64,000 nt of DNA. It comes from Anaerofustis stercorihominis. Lineage in GTDB: Bacteria; Bacillota; Clostridia; Eubacteriales; Anaerofustaceae. The position numbers were made by a program, and so were the translations under genes. The notes beneath the pieces are model-generated. The model ran no database searches, had not been told where the DNA came from, and saw only the letters and a program-made list of their open reading frames with translations. The stretch spans positions 4,040 through 68,039 of the forward strand of contig SVCP01000004.1 of NCBI GenBank assembly GCA_015058295.1, given 5' to 3'. Shown here in pieces: positions 20,135 to 27,998 of the stretch (its first letter is position 1; each line of letters starts with the position of its first letter).

Positions 20135-21107
20135 AAAGCCTCCTGCATATATAATCGATGGCAACAGAGCTGTTGTGTCTTACTGCTCCGTCAACGACTT
20201 CCGCAAGGTCAAGTCCCACCATCTCGTATTTTTCACAGTGTTTATCCTGTACGTCAGCTTCTACAGGCGCCGCACCCTGCAGTTTATATCGTGTTCGTGT
20301 GGCATCATCCACAGAAGAAGTGCTGTAGATGATAACGTCCGCAAGCTTTTCTCCTCCGGAATGTTTTTCGAATGCTTTGATATGATCCGACATACGGAAG
20401 TGCTGTGTTTCGCCTTTCTGTGTCATAAGGTTCATTATCCAGAATTTTTCCGCTTTGCTTTCTTTCAGCGCCTGAGTCATTCCTTCCACAAGGAAGTTGG
20501 GAATAATTGAAGTATATAAGCTTCCCGGCGCGTAAATTATTACGTCGGCATTTTTTATGGCTTCCACACATTCGCTGAATACGGTTGCGTTTTCGGGGTT
20601 ATTGTATACCTTTTCGATGGCAGTTTTGTGCTTTGCGGCATATTTCGGTATTTCAGATTCCCCTTTGACTGTCTTTCCGTTTTTCATCGTTGCGCAGAGT
20701 GTGATATTGTCCGTACTTACGGGGAGAACTTTACCTGTAATGGCGAGTACGTCACATATTGCACTTATCGCCAGAGGGAAGCTTCCCATAATATCATCCA
20801 GTGCTGTAATAATAATGTTTCCAACACTCTGTTTACTCATAAATCCGTCTTTGAAACGATAATTTATGACGCGGCTCATAACGCTTTCTTCGTCGGAGAG
20901 GGCAACAATGCAGTTGCGGATATCTCCCATAGCAATGACAGAGTAATCCTTGCGGATAGTCCCGGTGCTTCCGCCGTCATCGCATACATTCACGATTGCC
21001 GTTATATTCTGTGTGTAGTTTTTGAGTTTTCTCAGAAAAACACTGCTCCCAGTGCCACCGCCGATAAGCACAACGTTTTTGTCTTTTAAAGTATTATGTC
21101 TTTTCAT
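20118..21107 (-). CDS. yvcK: YvcK/CofD-like gluconeogenesis (cell-shape) factor
   Basis: N-terminal VVLIGGGTGSS ... DDGGSTG. Confidence 0.85.
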   Translation of the reverse strand: MKRHNTLKDKNVVLIGGGTGSSVFLRKLKNYTQNITAIVNVCDDGGSTGTIRKDYSVIAMGDIRNCIVALSDEESVMSRVINYRFKDGFMSKQSVGNIIITALDDIMGSFPLAISAICDVLAITGKVLPVSTDNITLCATMKNGKTVKGESEIPKYAAKHKTAIEKVYNNPENATVFSECVEAIKNADVIIYAPGSLYTSIIPNFLVEGMTQALKESKAEKFWIMNLMTQKGETQHFRMSDHIKAFEKHSGGEKLADVIIYSTSSVDDATRTRYKLQGAAPVEADVQDKHCEKYEMVGLDLAEVVDGAVRHNSSVAIDYICRRLYDQGR

Positions 21108-21964
21108 CAGTAACTGTCCTTATGAATGTCCCTATGCTCTATATCAACATTATTTGTGTGTTTCAGTGCAAGCTCTTTCATTGATTCCGCAAAAAATACA
21201 GAGCGGTGTCTGCCGCCAGTGCACCCAAACGCAACTATAAGCTGTCTTCTTCCGTCATTGATGAACTGAGGGATCACATAATCGAGAAGAGATGATATCT
21301 TCTCTGTAAACTCCTTTGTTTCGTCAAATCCCGAGATATATTCTTTTACTCCCGCATCAAGACCGGTCATATGCCTGAGAGAAAGGTCGTGATACGGATT
21401 CTTAATGAAACGCACATCGAATATATAATCCGCATCTGTGGGAATACCATATTTAAATCCGAAAGAAACCAGCGCTACCTGCAGGCGGTCTCTGTCGCCG
21501 GTATCAAGTATCTCAAGAAGCTTAGCCCTGAATTCGTTGTCTGTGGTGAGTGAAGTGTCAATTACATAGTCGCTCACACCCTTGAGCATACTCATAAGTT
21601 CACGTTCTTTCTTTATGGTAAGCTCAAGTCTTTCGCCTTCACTCATAATATGACGGCGACGCTGTGTTTTATACCTCTGTATGAGTACATCATCATCCGC
21701 ATCAACAAATATTCTCTTGAGATCTGTGTGCTGGCTCAGGTACGCAAGGGCATCTTCGAGTTCTTTAAAAAAAGCCTGTCCGCGCATATCTACCACAAGG
21801 CCGATCTTTTCGGGGGCATTTTCGCCGGAGCTTACCAGCTCAATGAAATCCTTTATCATATTTGCGGGAAGGTTGTCAACGCAGTAATACCCAAGATCCT
21901 GCACCACTCTCAGAGCGATGCTTTTGCCTGCCGCCAACATTCCGCTGATCAATACAACCTGCAT
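21107..21964 (-). CDS. rapZ: RNase adapter protein RapZ (YvcJ)
   Basis: P-loop ISGMLAAGKS, C-terminal CTGGRHRSV motif, and the conserved yvcJ-yvcK order. Confidence 0.85.
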   Translation of the reverse strand: MQVVLISGMLAAGKSIALRVVQDLGYYCVDNLPANMIKDFIELVSSGENAPEKIGLVVDMRGQAFFKELEDALAYLSQHTDLKRIFVDADDDVLIQRYKTQRRRHIMSEGERLELTIKKERELMSMLKGVSDYVIDTSLTTDNEFRAKLLEILDTGDRDRLQVALVSFGFKYGIPTDADYIFDVRFIKNPYHDLSLRHMTGLDAGVKEYISGFDETKEFTEKISSLLDYVIPQFINDGRRQLIVAFGCTGGRHRSVFFAESMKELALKHTNNVDIEHRDIHKDSY

Positions 21965-21969
21965 ATTTT

Positions 21970-22209
21970 TTACTCCTTATCTTCCGCCTGTTCTTTTTCT
22001 GCGAGTTTTCTCTCCCTGCGCTTCTGATCTATCTGGGCCTGTCTTTCGATATCATCGAGATTTTTCTGTAAGTCTTTGGGAATAAACATCTTTACGAATC
22101 TGCTTTCCTCGCCTCTGTCGAGGGATTTGTACATTCCTTTGACGCCGAACCAGGTGAGGACCCATACGGTTACAAGTCCGACACCGATAAAAAAGTATAT
22201 CTTTGTCAT
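21970..22209 (-). CDS. small single-TM protein with a K/E-rich tail
   Basis: Start chosen at MTKIYFF. One hydrophobic segment, then a charged C-terminus. Confidence 0.4.
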   Translation of the reverse strand: MTKIYFFIGVGLVTVWVLTWFGVKGMYKSLDRGEESRFVKMFIPKDLQKNLDDIERQAQIDQKRRERKLAEKEQAEDKE

Positions 22210-22361
22210 ATTATATATTATCTCCTGTTTCCGTACCATAAATCACCGGCAGTCGTGAATTAACGGCAATTTATGAGTTATTTTGTTCATTGTACCACAA
22301 ATGCTATGTCTTCGTACAGATTTTTGACAAAAAGGCTTTTTATGAATTCGCCTGCTACTCA

Positions 22362-22390
22362 TTGCAATAAATGAAAAAAGTATATATAAT
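22362..22390 (+). promoter_or_regulatory. candidate sigma-A promoter for rph/rdgB
   Basis: TTGCAA, 17-nt spacer, TATAAT. Confidence 0.5.
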
Positions 22391-22421
22391 TGGTATGTTA
22401 TACAGAAACGGAGAGATATAG

Positions 22422-23735
22422 ATGAGAACAGACAGAAAAAATGATCAGTTAAGAAATATAAGTATAAAAAGAAATTTCCTGGACAACCCGCAGGGCAGTG
22501 TGCTCATTCAGAGCGGCAACACAAAAGTTATATGTACGGCTTTTGTGGAAGAAAAAGTTCCGGGATTTCTCAGAGGACAGAACAAAGGCTGGATCAGCGC
22601 GGAATACAGTATGCTTCCCGGTGCAAATGCCACAAGAAAGCAGAGGGATATTTCGAAACTGAAGCTTGACGGAAGAAGCGCAGAAATTCAGAGACTTATC
22701 GGCAGAAGCCTCAGAAGTATAGTTGATCTTGAAAAATTAGGTGAGAGAACTATATGGATCGATTGCGATGTCATAAATGCAGACGGAGGCACGCGTACTG
22801 CAAGCATTACAGGCAGCATTGTGGCACTCAGGGATGCACTTGATAAACTGCTTGATCAGGGGCTTATTACGGAGGACCCGATGCCGAAATATGCGGCGGC
22901 GGTTTCTGTCGGTGTGGTGGACGGAGAAGTTCTTACAGACCTTTGCTATTCAGAGGACAGCCATGCGGAAGCTGATGTAAACGTAGTAATGGACGAAGAC
23001 GGAAACTTTATCGAACTGCAGGCAACAGGTGAAGCCCGCCCCATAAAAAGGGAAGAAATGGATGCCATTATCACACATGCGCAGAAAGCCATTTTTGAAC
23101 TGATAGAAATGCAGAAAGCGGCAATAAACAAAGATAAAGAAAAGAATACCATCATCTTCGCTACGGGAAACGAACATAAAGCAAAGGAACTCAGAAGGAT
23201 ACTTCCCGAATACGAGATCCTTACGCTTAAAGATGTTAATTTTGACGGGGATATCGTTGAGGACGGAAATTCATTTGAAGAAAACTCTCTTATCAAGGCG
23301 AAATATATCCACTCTCTTTACGGAAAAACAGTAGTTGCGGACGATTCAGGCGTATGCGTTGATCTTCTCAACGGGCTTCCGGGAATCAATTCCGCAAGAT
23401 ATGCAGGGCAGCACGGAAACGACCATGCAAACAACGAGCTTCTCCTGAAAAACATCGAAGGTACGTCGCCCGAAGAAAGAACGGCAACATTCGTTTCCGC
23501 TGCGGCTGTTGTGTTTGAAGACGGCTCTCAGGCAGTGATGAGAGGGGAAGTAAAAGGGAAAATAGGCTACGAATACCGGGGCGAAAACGGCTTCGGGTAT
23601 GATCCGCTCTTTATCGTTGATGCAACAGGCAAGACTTACGCAGAGATGACAGATGAAGAAAAGAATCTTCTCAGCCACAGAAAACTCGCTTTCGAAAAGC
23701 TCAGACCGTTTATTGAACTTTACTACAATATGTAA
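22422..23735 (+). CDS. rph: fused ribonuclease PH / dITP-XTP pyrophosphatase (RdgB/HAM1)
   Basis: The N-terminal ~240 aa show the RNase PH pattern (DGR ... DADGGTRTASITG). The C-terminal ~195 aa show the RdgB pattern (ATGN.HK ... EDG.SF.ENS ... DDSG ... FGYDP). Confidence 0.9.
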   Translation: MRTDRKNDQLRNISIKRNFLDNPQGSVLIQSGNTKVICTAFVEEKVPGFLRGQNKGWISAEYSMLPGANATRKQRDISKLKLDGRSAEIQRLIGRSLRSIVDLEKLGERTIWIDCDVINADGGTRTASITGSIVALRDALDKLLDQGLITEDPMPKYAAAVSVGVVDGEVLTDLCYSEDSHAEADVNVVMDEDGNFIELQATGEARPIKREEMDAIITHAQKAIFELIEMQKAAINKDKEKNTIIFATGNEHKAKELRRILPEYEILTLKDVNFDGDIVEDGNSFEENSLIKAKYIHSLYGKTVVADDSGVCVDLLNGLPGINSARYAGQHGNDHANNELLLKNIEGTSPEERTATFVSAAAVVFEDGSQAVMRGEVKGKIGYEYRGENGFGYDPLFIVDATGKTYAEMTDEEKNLLSHRKLAFEKLRPFIELYYNM

Positions 23736-23755
23736 ATAACTTACGGAACATAAAC

Positions 23756-23790
23756 AAGCCTGCGGAATATTTCCGCAGGCTTATCTTTTT
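23756..23790. terminator. bidirectional rho-independent terminator
   Basis: AAGCCTGCGGAA / TTCCGCAGGCTT stem followed by ATCTTTTT. Confidence 0.8.
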
Positions 23791-24430
23791 ACCTTCTGTT
23801 CATATCTTCTTCGATGCGTTCTTTCCAGTTTTCTGAGATTACCGCATTTGCGCGGATTCCTTCGATGGCATCGCTTATGACATCATAGTTGAGTCTAGTT
23901 CCCTGTTTGTCACTGCGGTAGTTTACTGCACGGGAGCTGTCGATGCCGAACACTTTTGCTGTACCGATGGTATCGATATTTGCCCCGAGGAATAAAAATT
24001 CCCAGCCGTATTTTCTTTTTTGACTTTCTATCATTTCCTTTATTCTTGAAACATTATAGTTTCTGCTGGCATTTTCCATTCCGTCTGTTGTAATGACGAA
24101 CAGTGTATTTTCCGGTATATCTTCGCTACGTGCATATTTGTGGACATTTCCGATATGATGGATCGCGCCGCCTATGGCATCCATAAGAGCTGTGCAGCCT
24201 CCGACATAATAATCTCTTTCACTCATAGGAGGTACATTGTCAATACTTACCCTGTCGTGTAGTACAACGCATTCATCATCGAACAATACCGTCGATACAT
24301 AAGCTTCTCCCGGCAGTTTTTTCTGTTTTTCTATCATTGAGTTGAATCCGCCGATGGTATCTGCTTCAAGTCCGTACATTGAACCGCTGCGGTCAAGAAT
24401 AAATACGATTTCCGTTAAACCTTTTCTCAT
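23789..24430 (-). CDS. von Willebrand factor A (VWA) domain protein
   Basis: MIDAS motif DRSGSM followed by T and D positions. Start chosen at MRKGLTE after GGAGG. Confidence 0.8.
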   Translation of the reverse strand: MRKGLTEIVFILDRSGSMYGLEADTIGGFNSMIEKQKKLPGEAYVSTVLFDDECVVLHDRVSIDNVPPMSERDYYVGGCTALMDAIGGAIHHIGNVHKYARSEDIPENTLFVITTDGMENASRNYNVSRIKEMIESQKRKYGWEFLFLGANIDTIGTAKVFGIDSSRAVNYRSDKQGTRLNYDVISDAIEGIRANAVISENWKERIEEDMNRR

Positions 24431-24516
24431 AAATAAAACCTCCGTAATATATTTTACAAACATATTATAGGAGGTTTTTGATTTACAGTGGTCGCATAGA
24501 AAGCGACAAGTTATTT

Positions 24517-25560
24517 TTATGACACACTTCCGAGAAGCGGCTGGTCATACTCAAACAACACCACATTTATGTCATTTATGCGGTAATTGCTATTTGAGAT
24601 AACATACCGGATGATTACATCAAATTTATCGCTGTAGGAAAGTGCATAACCTGCTTTTTTAAGAAGCTCATTGGTTTCTTCAAGTGAAAGCTCAAGCGCA
24701 ACGGCAAATGCCACTGCGGTGGTCTTTTTCGGCTTATAGTATTTGTCGTTTACTATTTTCGAGAACAGTTTTCTGTCTATGTTGGCTTTTTTGTAACAGT
24801 CGGAGTTTCTGATACCCTTTTCGTCAATTTTCCTTATGAGCATTTCCGAAAAGCTTTCATCAAGGTTACTGAGTTGTTCTTCAAGGGACGGAGCTGTCTG
24901 TGCGGCAACCTGCGGGGAGCACATTTTTGCAGAACAGTCATCTTCTGCGAAATCATCATCAATATGTGACGCAGAAAGCACACGAGAGCTTCTTTTTGAA
25001 TTTCTTCTTCTGTCATATATTATGGCATAGTTGTCATCGATATAGGATTTTATCTGCGGAAAAAGTCTGCTCCCCAGGCGGAATCCTTCCTTGTCGTATA
25101 CGACTATGTATACGGTAATGTCCGTATCATAATTTCTGTCCATGAGGTACTGACCGACAGTATTCAGGGCAATATTCAGCGCCTCGTCTTTCGGATATCC
25201 CTGTGCCCCCGATGCTATGAGCGGAAAAGCGATGCTTTCGCAATTATATTCATCTGCAAGCTTCAGAGCCTTTTTGTAGCATGAACCGAGAAGTGTTTTT
25301 TCTCCGTAATTTCCGCCTTTCCATTCCGGCCCGACAGTATGTATGACATATTTTGCCGGAAGGGCATATGCATTTGTTATCTTTGCTTCTCCCACAGAGC
25401 ATCCTCCGAGAGAAAGGCAGTCATTTATGATCTGTTCTCCGGCTTTTTGCAGTATTCTGCCATTTAAACCGTCGCTCATGGTAAGTGTTCTGTTGGAAGG
25501 GTTGACGATTGCATCGACTTCCATTTTTGTGATGTCGTTTCTGATGATCTGAACAGGCAT
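24517..25560 (-). CDS. macro-domain protein (ADP-ribose binding/hydrolase fold) with a C-terminal helical/HTH-like domain
   Basis: N-terminal DIT...VDAIVN.SN ... GGC..GEA.IT ... VIHTVGP pattern. Start at MPVQII after GGAGG. Confidence 0.8.
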   Translation of the reverse strand: MPVQIIRNDITKMEVDAIVNPSNRTLTMSDGLNGRILQKAGEQIINDCLSLGGCSVGEAKITNAYALPAKYVIHTVGPEWKGGNYGEKTLLGSCYKKALKLADEYNCESIAFPLIASGAQGYPKDEALNIALNTVGQYLMDRNYDTDITVYIVVYDKEGFRLGSRLFPQIKSYIDDNYAIIYDRRRNSKRSSRVLSASHIDDDFAEDDCSAKMCSPQVAAQTAPSLEEQLSNLDESFSEMLIRKIDEKGIRNSDCYKKANIDRKLFSKIVNDKYYKPKKTTAVAFAVALELSLEETNELLKKAGYALSYSDKFDVIIRYVISNSNYRINDINVVLFEYDQPLLGSVS

Positions 25561-25664
25561 ATATCTCCTCCGCAATGTTTATGTCTGTATTATATACTTA
25601 TTCCGAAAAAAACACAAATTTATCAGTCCTTAGTGCTATGTCTGTGAAGATTTTGTCCGTACAA

Positions 25665-25698
25665 ATACAAAAAGGTGCCGTCGGGCACCTTTTTGTAT
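25665..25698. terminator. rho-independent terminator
   Basis: AAAAGGTGCC / GGCACCTTTT stem flanked by an A-run and a T-run. Confidence 0.75.
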
Positions 25699-26682
25699 TT
25701 ATAAATAGTAATTCGTACCGTATTTAAATGCTTCGTCTGCAAGGATTCTTGCGTAGTTCATCATTTTTTCTCTGTCTGTCATCATGAGCATACCGGAGAA
25801 ACCGAAGTTGCCCTGCGGAGCATACATATCGATAGTGTCTCTTGCGCTTTGTCTGAGCTGTTCTTCTGTTGCGGGCTTGTAAGAATATTCTCCGATCATA
25901 TCATATCCGCCGATGAATGCAAGTTTGTCGCCGTATTTCTTTCCGAGGCCGACCAGGTCATTTTCCGGCTGACAGATTTCCCATGCGTGAGCGCCTTCTT
26001 CAATGATTGTGGGAACTGTATCTTCGCATTTTCCGCAAACGTGAAGGTGCGGGATTACTCCCATGGATTTTGCCGCATCGTTAAATTTTTTGTGCGCGGG
26101 AGCGATGAGTGTCCTGTAAGATTCGAGAGACATGAAAAGACCTCTTTCCGTAGCTACGTCATCGTATACGCATACAACATCAGGTTTGAAGTATTTTACC
26201 ACATATTCCAGAGTTTTTATTCTGTAATCAACGATAGCATCTAAAAGTTCAGCACAAGCTTCCGGCTCTTCATACATAGCGATAAGGCCTTCTTCAAATC
26301 CCATAAGGTGCATAAGACGAAGGAACGGACCGTTCCAGAAACCGTATTCGAGGATCTGATTTTCTTTGTTGAATCTGCCGTGAGCTTCTTTTGCAGCTCC
26401 TTCCCAGTCATATTCTTCAAATTTCGGGAATTTTACTACTTTCTTCCATTCTGTTACATCTTTAAGTACAGCACTGTTCGGTGCGGGAACTCCTGCGCCG
26501 TTTGCTGAAGATGTGTTTTCCCAGAGGCATCCGAATCCGTCATATCCGCCGTTTCCCGGGCCGTTTTCAAATGTTTCCCTGCTGCCACCGCATCCGCATA
26601 CATCGAATGTTGTTACAGGGACATGATCGTGTTTTTCATGATTGATGAGAGCAAGCATATTCTCTCTTCTGTTCATTGCCAT
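25699..26682 (-). CDS. uroporphyrinogen decarboxylase (URO-D) family protein, MtaA/CmuA-like methyltransferase fold
   Basis: Start at MAMNRREN (GAAGGAGAAA RBS). Family assigned from overall pattern and from similarity to the paralog at 52579-53622. Confidence 0.6.
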   Translation of the reverse strand: MAMNRRENMLALINHEKHDHVPVTTFDVCGCGGSRETFENGPGNGGYDGFGCLWENTSSANGAGVPAPNSAVLKDVTEWKKVVKFPKFEEYDWEGAAKEAHGRFNKENQILEYGFWNGPFLRLMHLMGFEEGLIAMYEEPEACAELLDAIVDYRIKTLEYVVKYFKPDVVCVYDDVATERGLFMSLESYRTLIAPAHKKFNDAAKSMGVIPHLHVCGKCEDTVPTIIEEGAHAWEICQPENDLVGLGKKYGDKLAFIGGYDMIGEYSYKPATEEQLRQSARDTIDMYAPQGNFGFSGMLMMTDREKMMNYARILADEAFKYGTNYYL

Positions 26683-26747
26683 AGTATTTCTCCTTCTGAT
26701 TATTTTGTTTAATATATTTTTACTTATTGATTTCAGTCTATAATTCC

Positions 26748-26785
26748 GGCAGATTTTTGTCAATGCGAAACAGGCAGATTTTTGT
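26748..26785. repeat. 13-bp direct repeat GGCAGATTTTTGT, two copies 25 bp apart, in the upstream region of the URO-D-like gene
   Basis: Exact copies at 26748-26760 and 26773-26785. Confidence 0.7.
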
Positions 26786-26865
26786 AAACTCATATTGAAA
26801 TAAAAGAATTGCCTGTTCTTAAAATTCATTATGGAAAACAGTGTGAAGTGATCAGGAATATCACA

Positions 26866-26896
26866 TAAAAAGAAGAGTGTCAAAAACTGACACTCC
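26866..26896 (-). terminator. rho-independent terminator
   Basis: GAGTGTCA / TGACACTC stem followed on the minus strand by TTCTTTTTAT. Confidence 0.7.
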
Positions 26897-26907
26897 TGTG
26901 TATGTAA

Positions 26908-27711
26908 TTATTTCAATGAGCTTATGGCATCATTTATGGCACTGATAGAAATGTTGTTGAGACCGAAATCATCTGCAGCAACGAATGTAAAGTCGTTTTT
27001 CGGTGTCGGTGCTTCCGGTTTCTTTTGTTCCTTACGGGGCTTTTCCGGCGTTTTTTCCGTGGAAGCCTGTTTTCCATCTTCGATGCTGAGTATAAGCTTT
27101 TCTTTCTGGGCGATGATGTTTTCCCTGACTTTAAGATTTTCATAAAGGCCGGAAATATCATTTACGAGATCATCGATAATCTGTTTTTTCTTGTTGAGTT
27201 CTTCTTCTTTTCTGCTTTTTGTTACGGCTTCCTCCCGTATTTCTTTTGAACGGTTTACCTGATATTTCTGAAGGGCATTTGCAAGAATGGCAACCTCTCT
27301 CTGAATATCAAACAGCCTGTTTATATCATAATTCAGGAGAAAATCCTCGTCGTTTCTTTCTTCACCGAAAATGTCAACAGTTGCGGTAAAATCTTTTTTC
27401 TTCGGGGCTTCACGCTTGTCGGTTTCTTCTGCCGGTGCGTATTTCATAGTAACATTCTTCTGCGTTTTTACTTCTTCCCGGGTGTTGTTTTCCGGATCTT
27501 GTTTGCGTGTTCCGCAGATTTCCTGTGTTTCTTTGCTGTACTGCTTGTTTACGAGTGGCTCTGCAACGAGGGGTGAATAATCTGTGCAGGGATAGCTGTC
27601 GTCGAAGAAGTCATCGCAATAGGAGAAAGACAACGGTCTGTTGATGATATTCTCAATGTCCGATGATACTTGTTTTGCATGGTCTATCAATTTGTCGTTA
27701 TATGAATCCAT
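26908..27711 (-). CDS. hypothetical K/E-rich protein with a coiled-coil segment
   Basis: Start at MDSYNDK after AAAGGAGAAG. Low-complexity charged regions and no motif recognised. Confidence 0.5.
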   Translation of the reverse strand: MDSYNDKLIDHAKQVSSDIENIINRPLSFSYCDDFFDDSYPCTDYSPLVAEPLVNKQYSKETQEICGTRKQDPENNTREEVKTQKNVTMKYAPAEETDKREAPKKKDFTATVDIFGEERNDEDFLLNYDINRLFDIQREVAILANALQKYQVNRSKEIREEAVTKSRKEEELNKKKQIIDDLVNDISGLYENLKVRENIIAQKEKLILSIEDGKQASTEKTPEKPRKEQKKPEAPTPKNDFTFVAADDFGLNNISISAINDAISSLK

Positions 27712-27998
27712 AGGTCTTCTCCTTTCGCATATTTCAACTGTACAGTCTACTATATTATATATAATTTGAGGATTCAATTCAACAAGAAATATAAAATTTG
27801 CCTGCTTTATTTCTGAAATTTATATATGCGCCCATTATATATACGATCGTATGAAAAAAATGGCGAAAAAACACCTCGATGGATAATTCGGGAATAAAAA
27901 TATCACGAAATTAATATAAACTCTCTCGTTTTGTTGCTAATGGAGAAAAAAAAGTATATAATGAGGAAGCTTATGAAAAAGTGCAAAGGAGGTCTGTT

